DNA of 64,000 nucleotides from contig OZ253555.1 of NCBI GenBank assembly GCA_965262725.1, positions 2,688,001 to 2,752,000 of the forward strand, read 5' to 3'. The notes under the pieces were generated by a model, which was given only the letters and a program-made list of their open reading frames with translations, searched no databases and was not told where the DNA came from. The position numbers and the translations under genes are program-made. Source of the DNA: Dehalococcoidia bacterium (GTDB lineage: Bacteria > Chloroflexota > Dehalococcoidia > UBA2979). This document shows, piece after piece, positions 48,213-58,230 of the stretch; position 1 is the stretch's first letter; every line of letters starts with the position of its first letter.

Positions 48213-49370
48213 ATGTCGACCACGGAGCCGGGGGCCGAGGCGCGCCCGGAGATCCACCGCGGCCTGAACGGCGTCTATTTCGACCGCTCACAGGTCTGCT
48301 CCATCGACGGGCGAGCCGGCACGCTGCACTACCGCGGCTACTCGATCCACGAGCTCGCCGAGCGCTCGACGTTCGAGGAAACGGCGTACCTGCTGCTGTG
48401 CGGAGAGATGCCGACCCGGGACGAACTCGACGGGTTCGAGTCGGAGCTGCGGGCCGCGCGGACGGTGCCGGATCCGGTGCTCGAAATCCCGCGGGCGATG
48501 GAGCACGCCCACCCGATGGACGTACTCCGTACCGCGGTCTCGGCGATCGCCGCCTTTGATCCGGAGCGAAACGACGTATCGCCCGAGGCAGTCGCGCGTA
48601 AGGGCGCGCGCGTCACCTCGCAGGCGGCCACGCTCGTCGCCGCGCACCACGCCATCCGCGAGGGGCGGGATCCGATCGCGCCCTCGGAGTCGCTCTCGCA
48701 TGCCGCGAACTTCCTCTACATGATGACGGGCGAGGAACCGGCCCCGGAGACGGCCCGCCTCATGGACGTCGACTTCGTCCTCCACGCCGAGCACAGCTCG
48801 AACGCCTCCTCGTTCGCGGCGCGCGTCGTCGCCTCGACCGGCGCCGACGTGCACTCCGCGATCGTCTCGGGCATCGCGGCGCTTTCGGGCCCCGCGCACG
48901 GCGGCGCCGCCGAGAACGTGATGCAGATGGCGCGCGAGATCGGCGACCCGGCGAACGCCGCCCAGTATGTGAAGGCGAAGCGGAGCCGCCGCGAGCCGGT
49001 GATGGGATTCGGCCACCGCGTCTACCGCACGGAGGACCCGAGGGCACGCCACCTGCGCGACGGCGTTCGGCGCCTCTCCGCCGAGCGCGGTGAGCCGACC
49101 TGGTTCGCGATTCTCGAGGCCGTGGAGGAGGCGATGCGCCCGTACGCCCGGCTCGGCGTGGCGCCCAACGTCGACTTCTACGCCGGCGTCATCTACCACT
49201 TGCTCGGCATCCCGCAGGAGTTCTTCGTGCCGATCTTCGCGCTCGGGCGCGTCCCCGGATGGACAGTGCAGGTGCTGGAGCAGATCGAAAACAACATCCT
49301 CATCCGCCCGCTGCTCGACTACACGGGCCCCGCCGCTCGTCCCTACATCCCCATCGAGAAGCGCGGATAG
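48213..49370 (+). CDS. Citrate/2-methylcitrate synthase (short type)
   Basis: LHYRGY, HPMD, HAEHSSNAS, GPAHGGA, MGFGHRVY, DPR, PNVDFY. Confidence 0.93.
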   Translation: MSTTEPGAEARPEIHRGLNGVYFDRSQVCSIDGRAGTLHYRGYSIHELAERSTFEETAYLLLCGEMPTRDELDGFESELRAARTVPDPVLEIPRAMEHAHPMDVLRTAVSAIAAFDPERNDVSPEAVARKGARVTSQAATLVAAHHAIREGRDPIAPSESLSHAANFLYMMTGEEPAPETARLMDVDFVLHAEHSSNASSFAARVVASTGADVHSAIVSGIAALSGPAHGGAAENVMQMAREIGDPANAAQYVKAKRSRREPVMGFGHRVYRTEDPRARHLRDGVRRLSAERGEPTWFAILEAVEEAMRPYARLGVAPNVDFYAGVIYHLLGIPQEFFVPIFALGRVPGWTVQVLEQIENNILIRPLLDYTGPAARPYIPIEKRG

Positions 49371-49373
49371 CTC

Positions 49374-49991
49374 GTGCCGATGCTCCCTGCCTTTCGCAAG
49401 GAGGCCGCCCGTCGCGGCCTCCTGCCTCCCGAAGCGCCGCTCGACGCGGGGGCGGCGTTCGCCCTCGTCCGGGAGATGCCGTGGGCGGCCTCGGCCGACG
49501 CGATCCCGGAGGCAATACTCGCCGCGTGGCGGGGCGACGACGCATCGAAGCACTACCTGCTGCGGGCGCTCCTCTACGAGCTGGGACACCGCTCCATCCT
49601 CCTGGCCTGTACCCACGCCTGGAGCGTGGCGAGCGCGCCGTGGGCGCGCCAGGAGCCGCGCGCGATCCTCGACGGGGGGCCCGTCCCCGACGTGCACACA
49701 TTCCTGCGCGTCGAGAGCGACGAGGGCTGGGGGAGCGTCGACGCCACCTGGCCGCTCGGGTCCTCGGCGCTCGGCCTTCCCGCCAACGAGCGCTTCGTCC
49801 CGGGTCGCGAGATGCGCATCGCCTGCGACCCGGAGGAGCTCTACCACGTGCCCGCGGAGGCCGATCCGGAGGACTTCCGCCGCCGCCTGCTCGACGCGCA
49901 CTCCGACGAGGCCGGAGCCGGGGCGCGCGAGCGCCGCCGCGCCTTCCGCGCCGCCCTCGAGCTCTGGCTCGCCGCCCCGCGCTCTCCCTAG
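49374..49991 (+). CDS. Transglutaminase-like fold protein lacking the catalytic Cys
   Basis: VREMPW, WRGDDASKHYLL, DVHTF, VDATWP. Confidence 0.55.
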   Translation: MPMLPAFRKEAARRGLLPPEAPLDAGAAFALVREMPWAASADAIPEAILAAWRGDDASKHYLLRALLYELGHRSILLACTHAWSVASAPWARQEPRAILDGGPVPDVHTFLRVESDEGWGSVDATWPLGSSALGLPANERFVPGREMRIACDPEELYHVPAEADPEDFRRRLLDAHSDEAGAGARERRRAFRAALELWLAAPRSP

Positions 49992-50086
49992 CCCGGCCCG
50001 TTCCATCTGCGCCGCGCCCCTGCGGCGGCACGGAGTGCGCACGGTGGCGGTTGGGGGACACGAGGACGCTGCGCTACGATACCGTC

Positions 50087-50380
50087 GTGCGCAGGCAGTC
50101 CCTCCGGGAATCGCTCGTCCTCTCTCTGCTCCTCACCGCCGGGTGGGGGATCATGCTGCAGTTCACGCAGGACGAAGTCGATGCCCGGAGCCTCGGCGGC
50201 ACGCTGCTCTTCTTCTTCGTCATCATCCTCGGGACGATGCGGATCGCGAACCTCGTGCTGACGCGGTTCTTCCCCCCGAAGAAGCCCCCTCCCGCACCCC
50301 CGCCGACACCGCCGAGCAGCGAGCGGCGCGAGCACGTGACACGCCGCCGCGGCCGGCGTCGCCGGCGCCCACGCGGCTAG
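50087..50380 (+). CDS. Small two-TM protein with Pro/Arg-rich tail
   Basis: Two hydrophobic segments, then PPKKPPPAPPPTPP and RRRGRRRRR; TACGAT 6 nt before the GTG suggests a leaderless start. Confidence 0.6.
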   Translation: MRRQSLRESLVLSLLLTAGWGIMLQFTQDEVDARSLGGTLLFFFVIILGTMRIANLVLTRFFPPKKPPPAPPPTPPSSERREHVTRRRGRRRRRPRG

Positions 50381-50389
50381 CGCGCCGAG

Positions 50390-51292
50390 GTGCTCTCGGT
50401 CTTCGTTGAGGTCATCCTGCCGGTCGTCGTCATGGCGACCGTCGGTGGACTCATCGGGCGCTGGCGCCGGGTGGTCGCGGAGCCGATCTCCACGCTCGTC
50501 TTCTACGTTCTCAGCCCGGCGCTCATCTTCCGCTCGATGGCCGAGACCGAGCTCGACCCCGGCCTCTCGGTGCGCATCGTGGCGGCGGCGTGGCTGCTCT
50601 TCTTCGCGGCCTGGGCCGTCTCCGCGCTGTGGTCGTCGCTCATGCGGCACGACGCCCCTCAGCGCGCCGCCTTCGCGCTGAGCGTCACGGCGCTCAACGC
50701 CGGGAATATGGGGCTTCCGATCGCGCTGCTCGCGTTCGGCGACGAGGGCCTTGCCGTCGCCGTGCTCTTCCTCGTGGCAAACGCGGCGCTCAACTCCACC
50801 GCCAACGTCTTCATCGCCTCCCTCGCCGGCGCCGATACGCGCAACGCGCTGACCGCCCCGCTTCGCTACCCGATGCTCTACGCCACGGCAGCGGGCCTGC
50901 TCGTGAACATGACCGACACCCATCTCCCCACCGCCCTCGACACGCCGATCGACGCCTTCGCCGACGCTGCGATCCCGACGATGCTCGTCGTGCTCGGCCT
51001 GCAGTTGCTGCGGGGTATCGAGCGAGCGGCTGTGCGCGACGTGGCCGCCTCGGCGGCACTGCGACTCGCCGGCGGTCCGCTGCTGATGTGGGGCGTCACC
51101 CTTCTCCTCGGCGTCGGCGGGCTCACCCAGCAGACGCTGATCGTCCTTGCCGCGATGCCCACCGCCGTCTTCACGACGATCCTCGCGACCGAGTTCGCAG
51201 CCCGGCCGCGCTTCGTGACGCTCGCCGTCGTGGCGTCGACCTTCGCGTCGGTCGGCTCCCTGACGGTCCTGATCGCCGCGATCCAGGGCTGA
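50390..51292 (+). CDS. AEC family transporter
   Basis: VILPV, SPALIF, NAGNMGLP, AAIPTML..LG, AMPTAV. Confidence 0.9.
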   Translation: MLSVFVEVILPVVVMATVGGLIGRWRRVVAEPISTLVFYVLSPALIFRSMAETELDPGLSVRIVAAAWLLFFAAWAVSALWSSLMRHDAPQRAAFALSVTALNAGNMGLPIALLAFGDEGLAVAVLFLVANAALNSTANVFIASLAGADTRNALTAPLRYPMLYATAAGLLVNMTDTHLPTALDTPIDAFADAAIPTMLVVLGLQLLRGIERAAVRDVAASAALRLAGGPLLMWGVTLLLGVGGLTQQTLIVLAAMPTAVFTTILATEFAARPRFVTLAVVASTFASVGSLTVLIAAIQG

Positions 51293-51333
51293 CGTCGCGC
51301 CTCCTCGGGGCGGGAGCACTCGTGCCGGAGGAG

Positions 51334-52446
51334 TCAACCGCAGGCCTCGATGGCGGCCTCCGCCACCTCCTCGATGCGGGTTTGCACGACCAGGGGATCG
51401 TGCAGCCCGTTCGTGACGTATGCGACCGCGAGGCCCAGGGACGGGTCGGCGTAGCCTATCGCGCACTGCTGACCCGGGTGGCCAAAGACGCCCTCGCGGT
51501 CAAAGGGCGCGAATGCGCCGCCGACGACCGGTCCCCACCCGTACGAGCCCGGAAGGCCCGTGGTGCGGTCGAGGGGGGTGCGGTGCTGGACGCGCGTCGC
51601 CTCGGCCACCGTCTCCTCCGCGAGCAGGCGCACTCGCCCGAGCGCGCCGCCGCGCTCCAGCATCGCGTAGAAGCGGGCGAGCGCCTCGGCCGTGCCGATA
51701 CCGTTCGCGGCCGGAATCTGGGCGCGGAGCGTCTGGGCCATGCGGAAGCGGCGCACCACGTTGCTCGTGCGCGCCTCGGTTCCCTGCGGATCCTGCCACG
51801 TGACCTCCGAGAGGGCCTCGGGGGGAACGACCGATCCGAGGTCCGGCTCCGCGACGCCAAGCGAGGCGTCCATGGCGAGCGGGAGGAAGATCTCTTCGCG
51901 CAAGAAGTCGCGCGGCATGCGGCCGTCGACCCGGCGGATCACCTCGCCGAGCGCGAAGCCGAAGGTGACTGGGTGGTAGCCCGTCGCCGTGCCGGGCCTC
52001 CATGCGGCCGGAATCGCGGCCGTCTCGGAGGCGCAGTACTCCCAGTCGTCGACCAGATCCCAGTCGAAGCCCGTCCGGAGCGCGGGGAAGCCTCCGCGGT
52101 GGGTGAGCACGTGGCGCAGCGTGCACGCCTCCTTCCCGCCCTGGGCGAACTCCGGCCACAGCTCAGCGAGCGGGTCGTCGAGCGAGAGCCGGCCGTCCTC
52201 GACGAGCATCAGCGCGGCGACGGCCACGACCGGCTTGGTCGCGGAAAACCAGATCATCCGCTCCTCCGCCCCGGCGCCACCGCCGAGGCGGAGGTCGAGT
52301 GCGAGCTCCCCGTCGCGGTAGACGGCGAGCTGCGCCGCCGAGTGGTAGCCGCGACCGAGATGCTCCCCGCAGACCTCTGCGAGCCGCGCCCGGCCCGCCT
52401 TAGAGAGGCCGCGCGGAGCGGAGCCGGCGGGAGCGGCGGTGCTCAC
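51334..52446 (-). CDS. Serine hydrolase, beta-lactamase family esterase
   Basis: FSATK (SxxK), WPEF, LTHRGG, GYH, FGHPG. Confidence 0.9.
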   Translation of the reverse strand: MSTAAPAGSAPRGLSKAGRARLAEVCGEHLGRGYHSAAQLAVYRDGELALDLRLGGGAGAEERMIWFSATKPVVAVAALMLVEDGRLSLDDPLAELWPEFAQGGKEACTLRHVLTHRGGFPALRTGFDWDLVDDWEYCASETAAIPAAWRPGTATGYHPVTFGFALGEVIRRVDGRMPRDFLREEIFLPLAMDASLGVAEPDLGSVVPPEALSEVTWQDPQGTEARTSNVVRRFRMAQTLRAQIPAANGIGTAEALARFYAMLERGGALGRVRLLAEETVAEATRVQHRTPLDRTTGLPGSYGWGPVVGGAFAPFDREGVFGHPGQQCAIGYADPSLGLAVAYVTNGLHDPLVVQTRIEEVAEAAIEACG

Positions 52447-52453
52447 CGGCGGC

Positions 52454-53446
52454 TCAGGCCGGGGGGTCGTGGCGCAGCACGACCTTGCCGAAGTTCGCGT
52501 TCGACTCCATGTAGCGGTGCGCCTCGGCGACCTCGGCGAGCGGGAAGACGCGGTCCACGACCGGGAGCAGGCGCCCCGACTCAAAGAGCGGGAGGAGATG
52601 GCGCGCCACGTCCTGCGTGAGGGCGGCCTTCTCCTCGAGCGGGCGCGAGCGGAGCACCGTTCCGTGAACGCGCAGGCGCTTGCGCATGAGCAAGCCGAGA
52701 TCGAGATCCGTCCTCGCACCGCTCAGCGTGCCGACCACGACCATTCTCCCGCGGAGGGCGAGCGAGGCGATGTTGCTGGCCCAGTACTCCCCGCCGACCA
52801 CGTCGAGCACGACGTCGACGCCCCGACCGCGCGTCTCCTCGCGGACGACATCGGCGAAATCTTGCTCGTGGTAGTCGACGCCGACGCCGAGGCCGAGCTC
52901 GCGCGCGCGGGCGAGCTTCTCCACCGAGCCGGCCGTGCCGAAGACACGGCAACCCATCTGCGCGGCGATCTGCACCGCCGCCGTCCCGACGCCCGAGCCC
53001 ACGGCGTGCACGAGCACGCTCTCGCCCGCCCCGAGCGCGCACTGGACGACGAGCGCATCGTAGGCCGTCAGGAAGACCTCCGGGATGGCCGCGGCCTGCT
53101 CGAGGTCGAGCCTCGCCGGCACCGCCATCAGCATCCGTTCGTGGACGGCGACACGGGAGCCGTAGCCGCCGCCGCCGAGCAGCGCCATGACGCGGTCGCC
53201 GGGCCGCCAGGACGAGACGTGGTCCCCCACCGCGAGCACGGTCCCAGCCGCCTCGAGCCCGGGGATATCGTCACGCGTGCCCGGGGGACCCGGGTAGCGG
53301 CCGATGCGCTGCAGCAAGTCGGCGCGGTTGAGCGCGGTGGCGTGCACCGCGACCAGCGCCTCCTCTGGGCCGAAGGGCGGATCCGGCTCCTCCCGGACGC
53401 TGAAGACCTCCGGTCCGCCGGGCTCGGTGATCACCGCCGCTCGCAT
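52454..53446 (-). CDS. NAD(P)H-quinone oxidoreductase (PIG3 family)
   Basis: LNRADLLQ, PGLE, PEVFLTA, SGVG, LRSR, FGKVVL. Confidence 0.93.
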   Translation of the reverse strand: MRAAVITEPGGPEVFSVREEPDPPFGPEEALVAVHATALNRADLLQRIGRYPGPPGTRDDIPGLEAAGTVLAVGDHVSSWRPGDRVMALLGGGGYGSRVAVHERMLMAVPARLDLEQAAAIPEVFLTAYDALVVQCALGAGESVLVHAVGSGVGTAAVQIAAQMGCRVFGTAGSVEKLARARELGLGVGVDYHEQDFADVVREETRGRGVDVVLDVVGGEYWASNIASLALRGRMVVVGTLSGARTDLDLGLLMRKRLRVHGTVLRSRPLEEKAALTQDVARHLLPLFESGRLLPVVDRVFPLAEVAEAHRYMESNANFGKVVLRHDPPA

Positions 53447-53531
53447 CGTGTCCCCCGCCCCACCCTCGCGGCACCCGTCGGGGCGCCGCGAAGGCCGAGG
53501 CTACGATGCGCCACCTCCGTGGTCGAGGCGG

Positions 53532-53541
53532 ACCGTATACT
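53532..53541. promoter_or_regulatory. Overlapping divergent -10 elements
   Basis: ACCGTATACT gives TATACT (+) and TACGGT (-) between divergent genes. Confidence 0.5.
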
Positions 53542-53592
53542 CGGGGAAACGCGCCGGGAGGCGCGGGACGGTACCTCGGGAGGAGAGGGGGC

Positions 53593-54981
53593 GTGATGGG
53601 TTGGCACGCAGACCCGGCCGCACCGAGCGCGACGCTCGCGCGCTTCGTCGCGGAAGCATCGGTCCCGGAGGCCGTGCGCCGCACCGCCAGGCGCTACCTG
53701 CTCGACTGGCTGGGATCGACGCTCGCGGGCGGCGAGCTGGCGCCGCCACGCATCGTGCAGGCCGTCGCCGAGGAGCTCGGCGGCGCGCCGCAGGCCACGG
53801 TGCTGGCGAGCGGCCGGCAGAGTTCGGCGCCGCTCGCGGCGCTCGCGAACGCCGCCGCGTCGCACGTGCTGGAGATGGACGACCTCGATCGCGCCTCGAT
53901 CTCGCACCCGGGCGCTCCCGTGATCGCCGCGGCGCTCGCCGTCGGCGAGCGGGACGGCGCCTCCGGCGAGGAGTTGCTCGACGCGATCGCGATCGGCTAC
54001 GAGGCGATGATCCGGGTAGGCGAGGCGCTGGGGCCGGCGCACTACGAGCACTGGCACATGACCGGGACCGCCGGTACGCTCGGCGCCGCCTCCGCCGCGA
54101 GCCGCCTCGCGCGGCTCGACGCGCACGCGACGCTGATGGCGCTGGGCTCGGCCGGCACTATGACGGCGGGGCTGTGGGAGTTCCTCGCAGACGGCGCGAT
54201 GTCGAAGCAGCTGCACCCGGCGAAGGCGGCGCACGACGGCGTGCTGGCGGCGCTGCTGGCGGCGCGAGGATTCACCGCCGCCACGCGCATCCTCGAGGGC
54301 CCGAAGGGGCTCTTCGCGGCGATGGCACCTCAGGGCGATCCGGGAGCGATCGTCGAGGGTCTCGGCCCGGAGATGACGACGTGGCGCATCGGCGGGGTTT
54401 CCTTCAAGGTGCACGCCTCGTGCCGCCACACGCACCCGGCCGTCGACGCGGCGCTCGCGCTCCGGGAAGAGCACGGGCTGCGCCCCGACGAGGTGGAGCG
54501 GGTCTCCGTGCGGCTCTACGGGCAGGCACTGGGCCTGCTTGAGGGGATGGAGCCGACCACGCCCTACGCCGCCAAGTTCTCGCTCCCCTACTGCGTCGCG
54601 AGCGCGCTCACCCACGGCGACCTCGCACCCCACCGGTTCTCGGATGAGGCGATCGGCGACCCCGGCGTGCTGGCGCTCGCGGATCGCATCTCGTTCTCGG
54701 TGGACCCCGAACTCGACGCACTCTACCCCCAGGCCTGGCCCTCGATCGTGAGCGTGACGAAGACGGACGGCAGCACGCTCGAGCGACGCGTCGACCATCC
54801 CGCCGGCGATCCCGAGAACGGGCTCACCGACGAGGAGATCGCCGCCAAGTTCGCCTCGATAGTCGACCCCCTGCTCGGCGGGGGGAGCCGCGGGATCGCA
54901 CGCGACATCCTGGCGCGCGATCCCGCCCCGGACGCCCGGGAGATCGCGCACGCCGCCACGCTGGTGCTGCAGCCCGGATAG
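53593..54981 (+). CDS. MmgE/PrpD family protein
   Basis: HVLEMDD, SHPG, GYE, HMTG, KQLHP, KVHASCRHTH, AKFS, GDP. Confidence 0.9.
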   Translation: MMGWHADPAAPSATLARFVAEASVPEAVRRTARRYLLDWLGSTLAGGELAPPRIVQAVAEELGGAPQATVLASGRQSSAPLAALANAAASHVLEMDDLDRASISHPGAPVIAAALAVGERDGASGEELLDAIAIGYEAMIRVGEALGPAHYEHWHMTGTAGTLGAASAASRLARLDAHATLMALGSAGTMTAGLWEFLADGAMSKQLHPAKAAHDGVLAALLAARGFTAATRILEGPKGLFAAMAPQGDPGAIVEGLGPEMTTWRIGGVSFKVHASCRHTHPAVDAALALREEHGLRPDEVERVSVRLYGQALGLLEGMEPTTPYAAKFSLPYCVASALTHGDLAPHRFSDEAIGDPGVLALADRISFSVDPELDALYPQAWPSIVSVTKTDGSTLERRVDHPAGDPENGLTDEEIAAKFASIVDPLLGGGSRGIARDILARDPAPDAREIAHAATLVLQPG

Positions 54982-55033
54982 CCCTGGGGCGTCATCCGGT
55001 CAGGGCCGCACCGGCGGCTGGAGAGGTGCGCCC

Positions 55034-57544
55034 GTGCCCGACAGGGAGAACGCGAAGGGAGCCCGGGTCAGGCTTCGCCTCACCGCCGACGATCTCACCG
55101 CGGGCCTCGACCCGGCGCAGCTCGGCTTCGCGCACACCGGCGAGCTCCATCCGCTCGAGGCGGTATTCGGCCAGGAGCGCGCCGTTCGCGCGATCGAGTT
55201 CGCTCTCGGGATGGCGGGCACCGGATACAACCTCTACGCCGCCGGCCCGGACGGGCTGGGTAAGCAGAGCGTCGTCGAGGCCCTGCTCCGTCGCCACGCG
55301 GCGCTGCGGCCAGCGCCTCCCGACTGGGTCTATGTACGCAACTTCGCCGACCCGGATCGCCCGGTCGGCATCGCGCTCCCGGCGGGGTACGGGCGGGCCT
55401 TCGCCGCCGAGGTCGACGCGACGGTCACCACGGCGATCGAGGAGCTGCGTCAGGCCTTCGAGTCCGACTCCTACGCGCGCCAGCAGCAGGAAGTCGGGCA
55501 GGAACTGGAGCGGCGGCATTCCCTGCTGCTCGAACAGATGCGCGAGGCGGCCGAATCCCTAGACTTCGCGCTCACGGTCACGCCGAGCGGCATCACGACC
55601 GCGCCTGTGAGCGACGGCAAGCCGATCGCCGCCGAGGATCTCGAGCGGCTCTCGCCCGACGAGCGCAATCGCATCGACGAAGCCGGCCGCGAGCTGGAGG
55701 AACGCCTCCGTGAGCTCACGCTCCAGATACGCGCGCTCCGGCGCGAGGCGCTCGAGGCCGCGCGGCGAGTCGACGAGCACGTGGCGCGCTTCGCCGTCGA
55801 TCACCTCTTCGAGTCCCTCCTCGCAACCTGGGGCGAGGACGACGAGGTTCGCCGCTTCGTCGACGACGCGAGCGCGGACATCCTGAGCGAGCGCACCCAC
55901 CTGCGGGAGTCGACCGCGGCGGAGAGTGCCCAGCCGCCCGGTCAGGCGGCGGATCCGCTCGCGCGCTACCGGGTGAACGTCCTCGTCAGCAACCACCCGG
56001 GTGCCGGCGCCCCCGTGATCACGGAGCAGCACCCCACCTACGACAACCTGCTCGGGCGCATCGAATATATGGGGCGGTTCGGATCGCTGGTCACCGACCA
56101 CACGCAGATCAAGCCCGGCGCGCTTGCGCGCGCAAACGGTGGATTCGTCGTGGTGCGGCTCCGCGACCTGCTGCAGAATCCGCACGCGTACGCCGGGCTG
56201 AAACGCGCGCTGCTCGCCGGCTCGCTTGCGATCGAGAACCCGGGCGCGCACTACGGCCCGGCGCCGACCAGCGCACTGCGCCCCGAGCCGATTCCGCTCG
56301 ACGTGAAAGTCGTGATCGTCGGCGAGGCGCACCTCTACCACCTGCTCCACCGCGTCGATCCCGACTTCCGCTCGCTCTTCCGGGTCAAGGCCGACTTCGA
56401 CGTGGACGTCCCTCGTTCGATGGAGAACGTGCGCGGCCTCGCCGCCTTCATCCGGGGACAGTCCGGGCGGGAGAGCCTCTTCGACTTCGGGGCGGACGCC
56501 GTCGCACGGCTCGTCGAGCACTCCTCGCGCGAGGTGGAGGACCAGCGCCGGCTCTCCGCGAACATGGGCGCGCTCGACGACCTCCTGCGGCAGTCGCACT
56601 ACTGGGCGGAGCAGGGTGGCGCCGGGCTGGTCGAGGCGGCACACGTGGAGCGGGCACTCGCGGAGCGAGAGTACCGGTCGGCGCTCGCCCGCGACCGCAT
56701 CCAGCAGCTCATCGACGACGGCACGATTTTCCTGGACGTGGAGGGCCGCCGCGTCGGCCAGATCAACGCCCTTTCCGTCTACGACCTCGGCGAGGTCCGC
56801 TTCGGCCGGCCCTCACGCATCAGCTGCGTCGTCTCCGCTGGGCGCGGGACGATCGTGCATGTCGACCGCGAGACCGACATGGCCGGCGCCGTGCACACCA
56901 AGGGCTTCCTGATCCTCCGCGGCTTCCTCGCTGACCGCTTCGGCCAGCACCGCGCCATGTCCCTCTACGCCAGCCTCACCTTCGAGCAGCTCTACGGGCA
57001 GATCGACGGGGACTCCGCTTCCTCGACCGAGCTCTATGTCCTGATCTCCGCCCTCGCCGAGGTGCCGATCGACCAGTCCATCGCCGTCACGGGTTCGGTC
57101 AACCAGCGCGGCCAGGTGCAGCCGATCGGTGGCGCGACGGCGAAGATCGAGGGCTTCTTCGAGGTCTGCCGCGCCCGGGGCGTGACCGGGACGCAAGGAG
57201 TGATCGTGCCGCGGGCGAACATCGCAACCGTGACGCTGCGCCCCGACGTCGCGCGCGCCGTCTCCGAGGGGAGCTTCCACGTCTGGGCCGCCGACACCAT
57301 CGAGGAGGGACTCGAGATCCTCACCGGCCTTCCGGCGGGGGCGCGCAACCAGGCGGGACTCTACCCGGAGGGGACCATCTTCCGCCGCGTCGCCGACCGC
57401 CTCGAAGACTTCGCACGGACCGTCTCGGGCGAGCGAGTGTCGGCGATGGCAGACCATACTTATGTCGGGATGCCGACCTCTCCCCTGCCCTGGCCGCCGG
57501 GCATCCCACCCGAACCCCCCCCGGAGCCACCCGTCCAGCTATGA
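55034..57544 (+). CDS. lonC: LonC-type Lon-like protease
   Basis: GQERA, DWVYVRNF, GALARANGG, FRVKADF, GQINAL, FEQLY..DGDSASS, catalytic Lys in GGATAKIEGFF. Confidence 0.9.
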   Translation: MPDRENAKGARVRLRLTADDLTAGLDPAQLGFAHTGELHPLEAVFGQERAVRAIEFALGMAGTGYNLYAAGPDGLGKQSVVEALLRRHAALRPAPPDWVYVRNFADPDRPVGIALPAGYGRAFAAEVDATVTTAIEELRQAFESDSYARQQQEVGQELERRHSLLLEQMREAAESLDFALTVTPSGITTAPVSDGKPIAAEDLERLSPDERNRIDEAGRELEERLRELTLQIRALRREALEAARRVDEHVARFAVDHLFESLLATWGEDDEVRRFVDDASADILSERTHLRESTAAESAQPPGQAADPLARYRVNVLVSNHPGAGAPVITEQHPTYDNLLGRIEYMGRFGSLVTDHTQIKPGALARANGGFVVVRLRDLLQNPHAYAGLKRALLAGSLAIENPGAHYGPAPTSALRPEPIPLDVKVVIVGEAHLYHLLHRVDPDFRSLFRVKADFDVDVPRSMENVRGLAAFIRGQSGRESLFDFGADAVARLVEHSSREVEDQRRLSANMGALDDLLRQSHYWAEQGGAGLVEAAHVERALAEREYRSALARDRIQQLIDDGTIFLDVEGRRVGQINALSVYDLGEVRFGRPSRISCVVSAGRGTIVHVDRETDMAGAVHTKGFLILRGFLADRFGQHRAMSLYASLTFEQLYGQIDGDSASSTELYVLISALAEVPIDQSIAVTGSVNQRGQVQPIGGATAKIEGFFEVCRARGVTGTQGVIVPRANIATVTLRPDVARAVSEGSFHVWAADTIEEGLEILTGLPAGARNQAGLYPEGTIFRRVADRLEDFARTVSGERVSAMADHTYVGMPTSPLPWPPGIPPEPPPEPPVQL

Positions 57545-57580
57545 GCATGCGCCGGGACGGTCCAGGCGGGCGGCGCTCCG

Positions 57581-58210
57581 ATGAGTCCTGAAGCCCGGGC
57601 GGCACCACCGCTCCTCACGCTCGATCTCGACGGCGTAATCTGCAGCCCGCCCCTCGGCGTGAACATGGGGATCCACCGCGGCTTCCTCGAACCGGCAGCG
57701 GGGCCTACGCAGGCGCACGTGCCTCCGCGCTGGCTTTCCGCTCTCGTCGATCCGCCGCGCTTCGAGCTCCGCCGACCGCTCCCGGGTATCCGCCAGTCGC
57801 TGGCGGAGCTTGCGCGCGTGCGCCGGCTCGTGGTGCTCACGGGAAGGCGCACCTCGCCCGCTCGCTGGCTCGCGCGGCACGGCCTTGCCGGATTCGTGGA
57901 GGAGATCGTGATCAACGAGGGCCCGCTGTCGAGCCCCCACTACAAGCTCCACACCGTCGAGGCGCTCGGGGCCGACGAGCACGTCGACGACGACCCGCGC
58001 ACTGCGCAACTGCTCGCCGAGCGCGCCGCCTGCCGCGTCTTCCTGAGGGACTGGCCCCGCAACCGCTCTCTCCCCTACGCCCCCGGGGTGATCCGGGTCT
58101 CGGATCTCGACGGGCTCGTCCGGCTCCTCCGCGGAGCCGCCGGAGGCGACTTCGCGGAGGAGCGCCGCGGCGCCCGCGCGCGCCTGCCCCGCCCCGGGAG
58201 CGCCCCATAG
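57581..58210 (+). CDS. HAD superfamily protein (nucleotidase-like)
   Basis: DLDGV, VVLTGR, YK, HVDDD, WPRN. Confidence 0.7.
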   Translation: MSPEARAAPPLLTLDLDGVICSPPLGVNMGIHRGFLEPAAGPTQAHVPPRWLSALVDPPRFELRRPLPGIRQSLAELARVRRLVVLTGRRTSPARWLARHGLAGFVEEIVINEGPLSSPHYKLHTVEALGADEHVDDDPRTAQLLAERAACRVFLRDWPRNRSLPYAPGVIRVSDLDGLVRLLRGAAGGDFAEERRGARARLPRPGSAP

Positions 58211-58230
58211 AGTCGCGGCGGGGAGGGTCC

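Noticed and set aside
51334-52446. Antibiotic-resistance beta-lactamase
   Set aside because: No signal peptide; WPEF and GYH motifs fit cytoplasmic family VIII esterases
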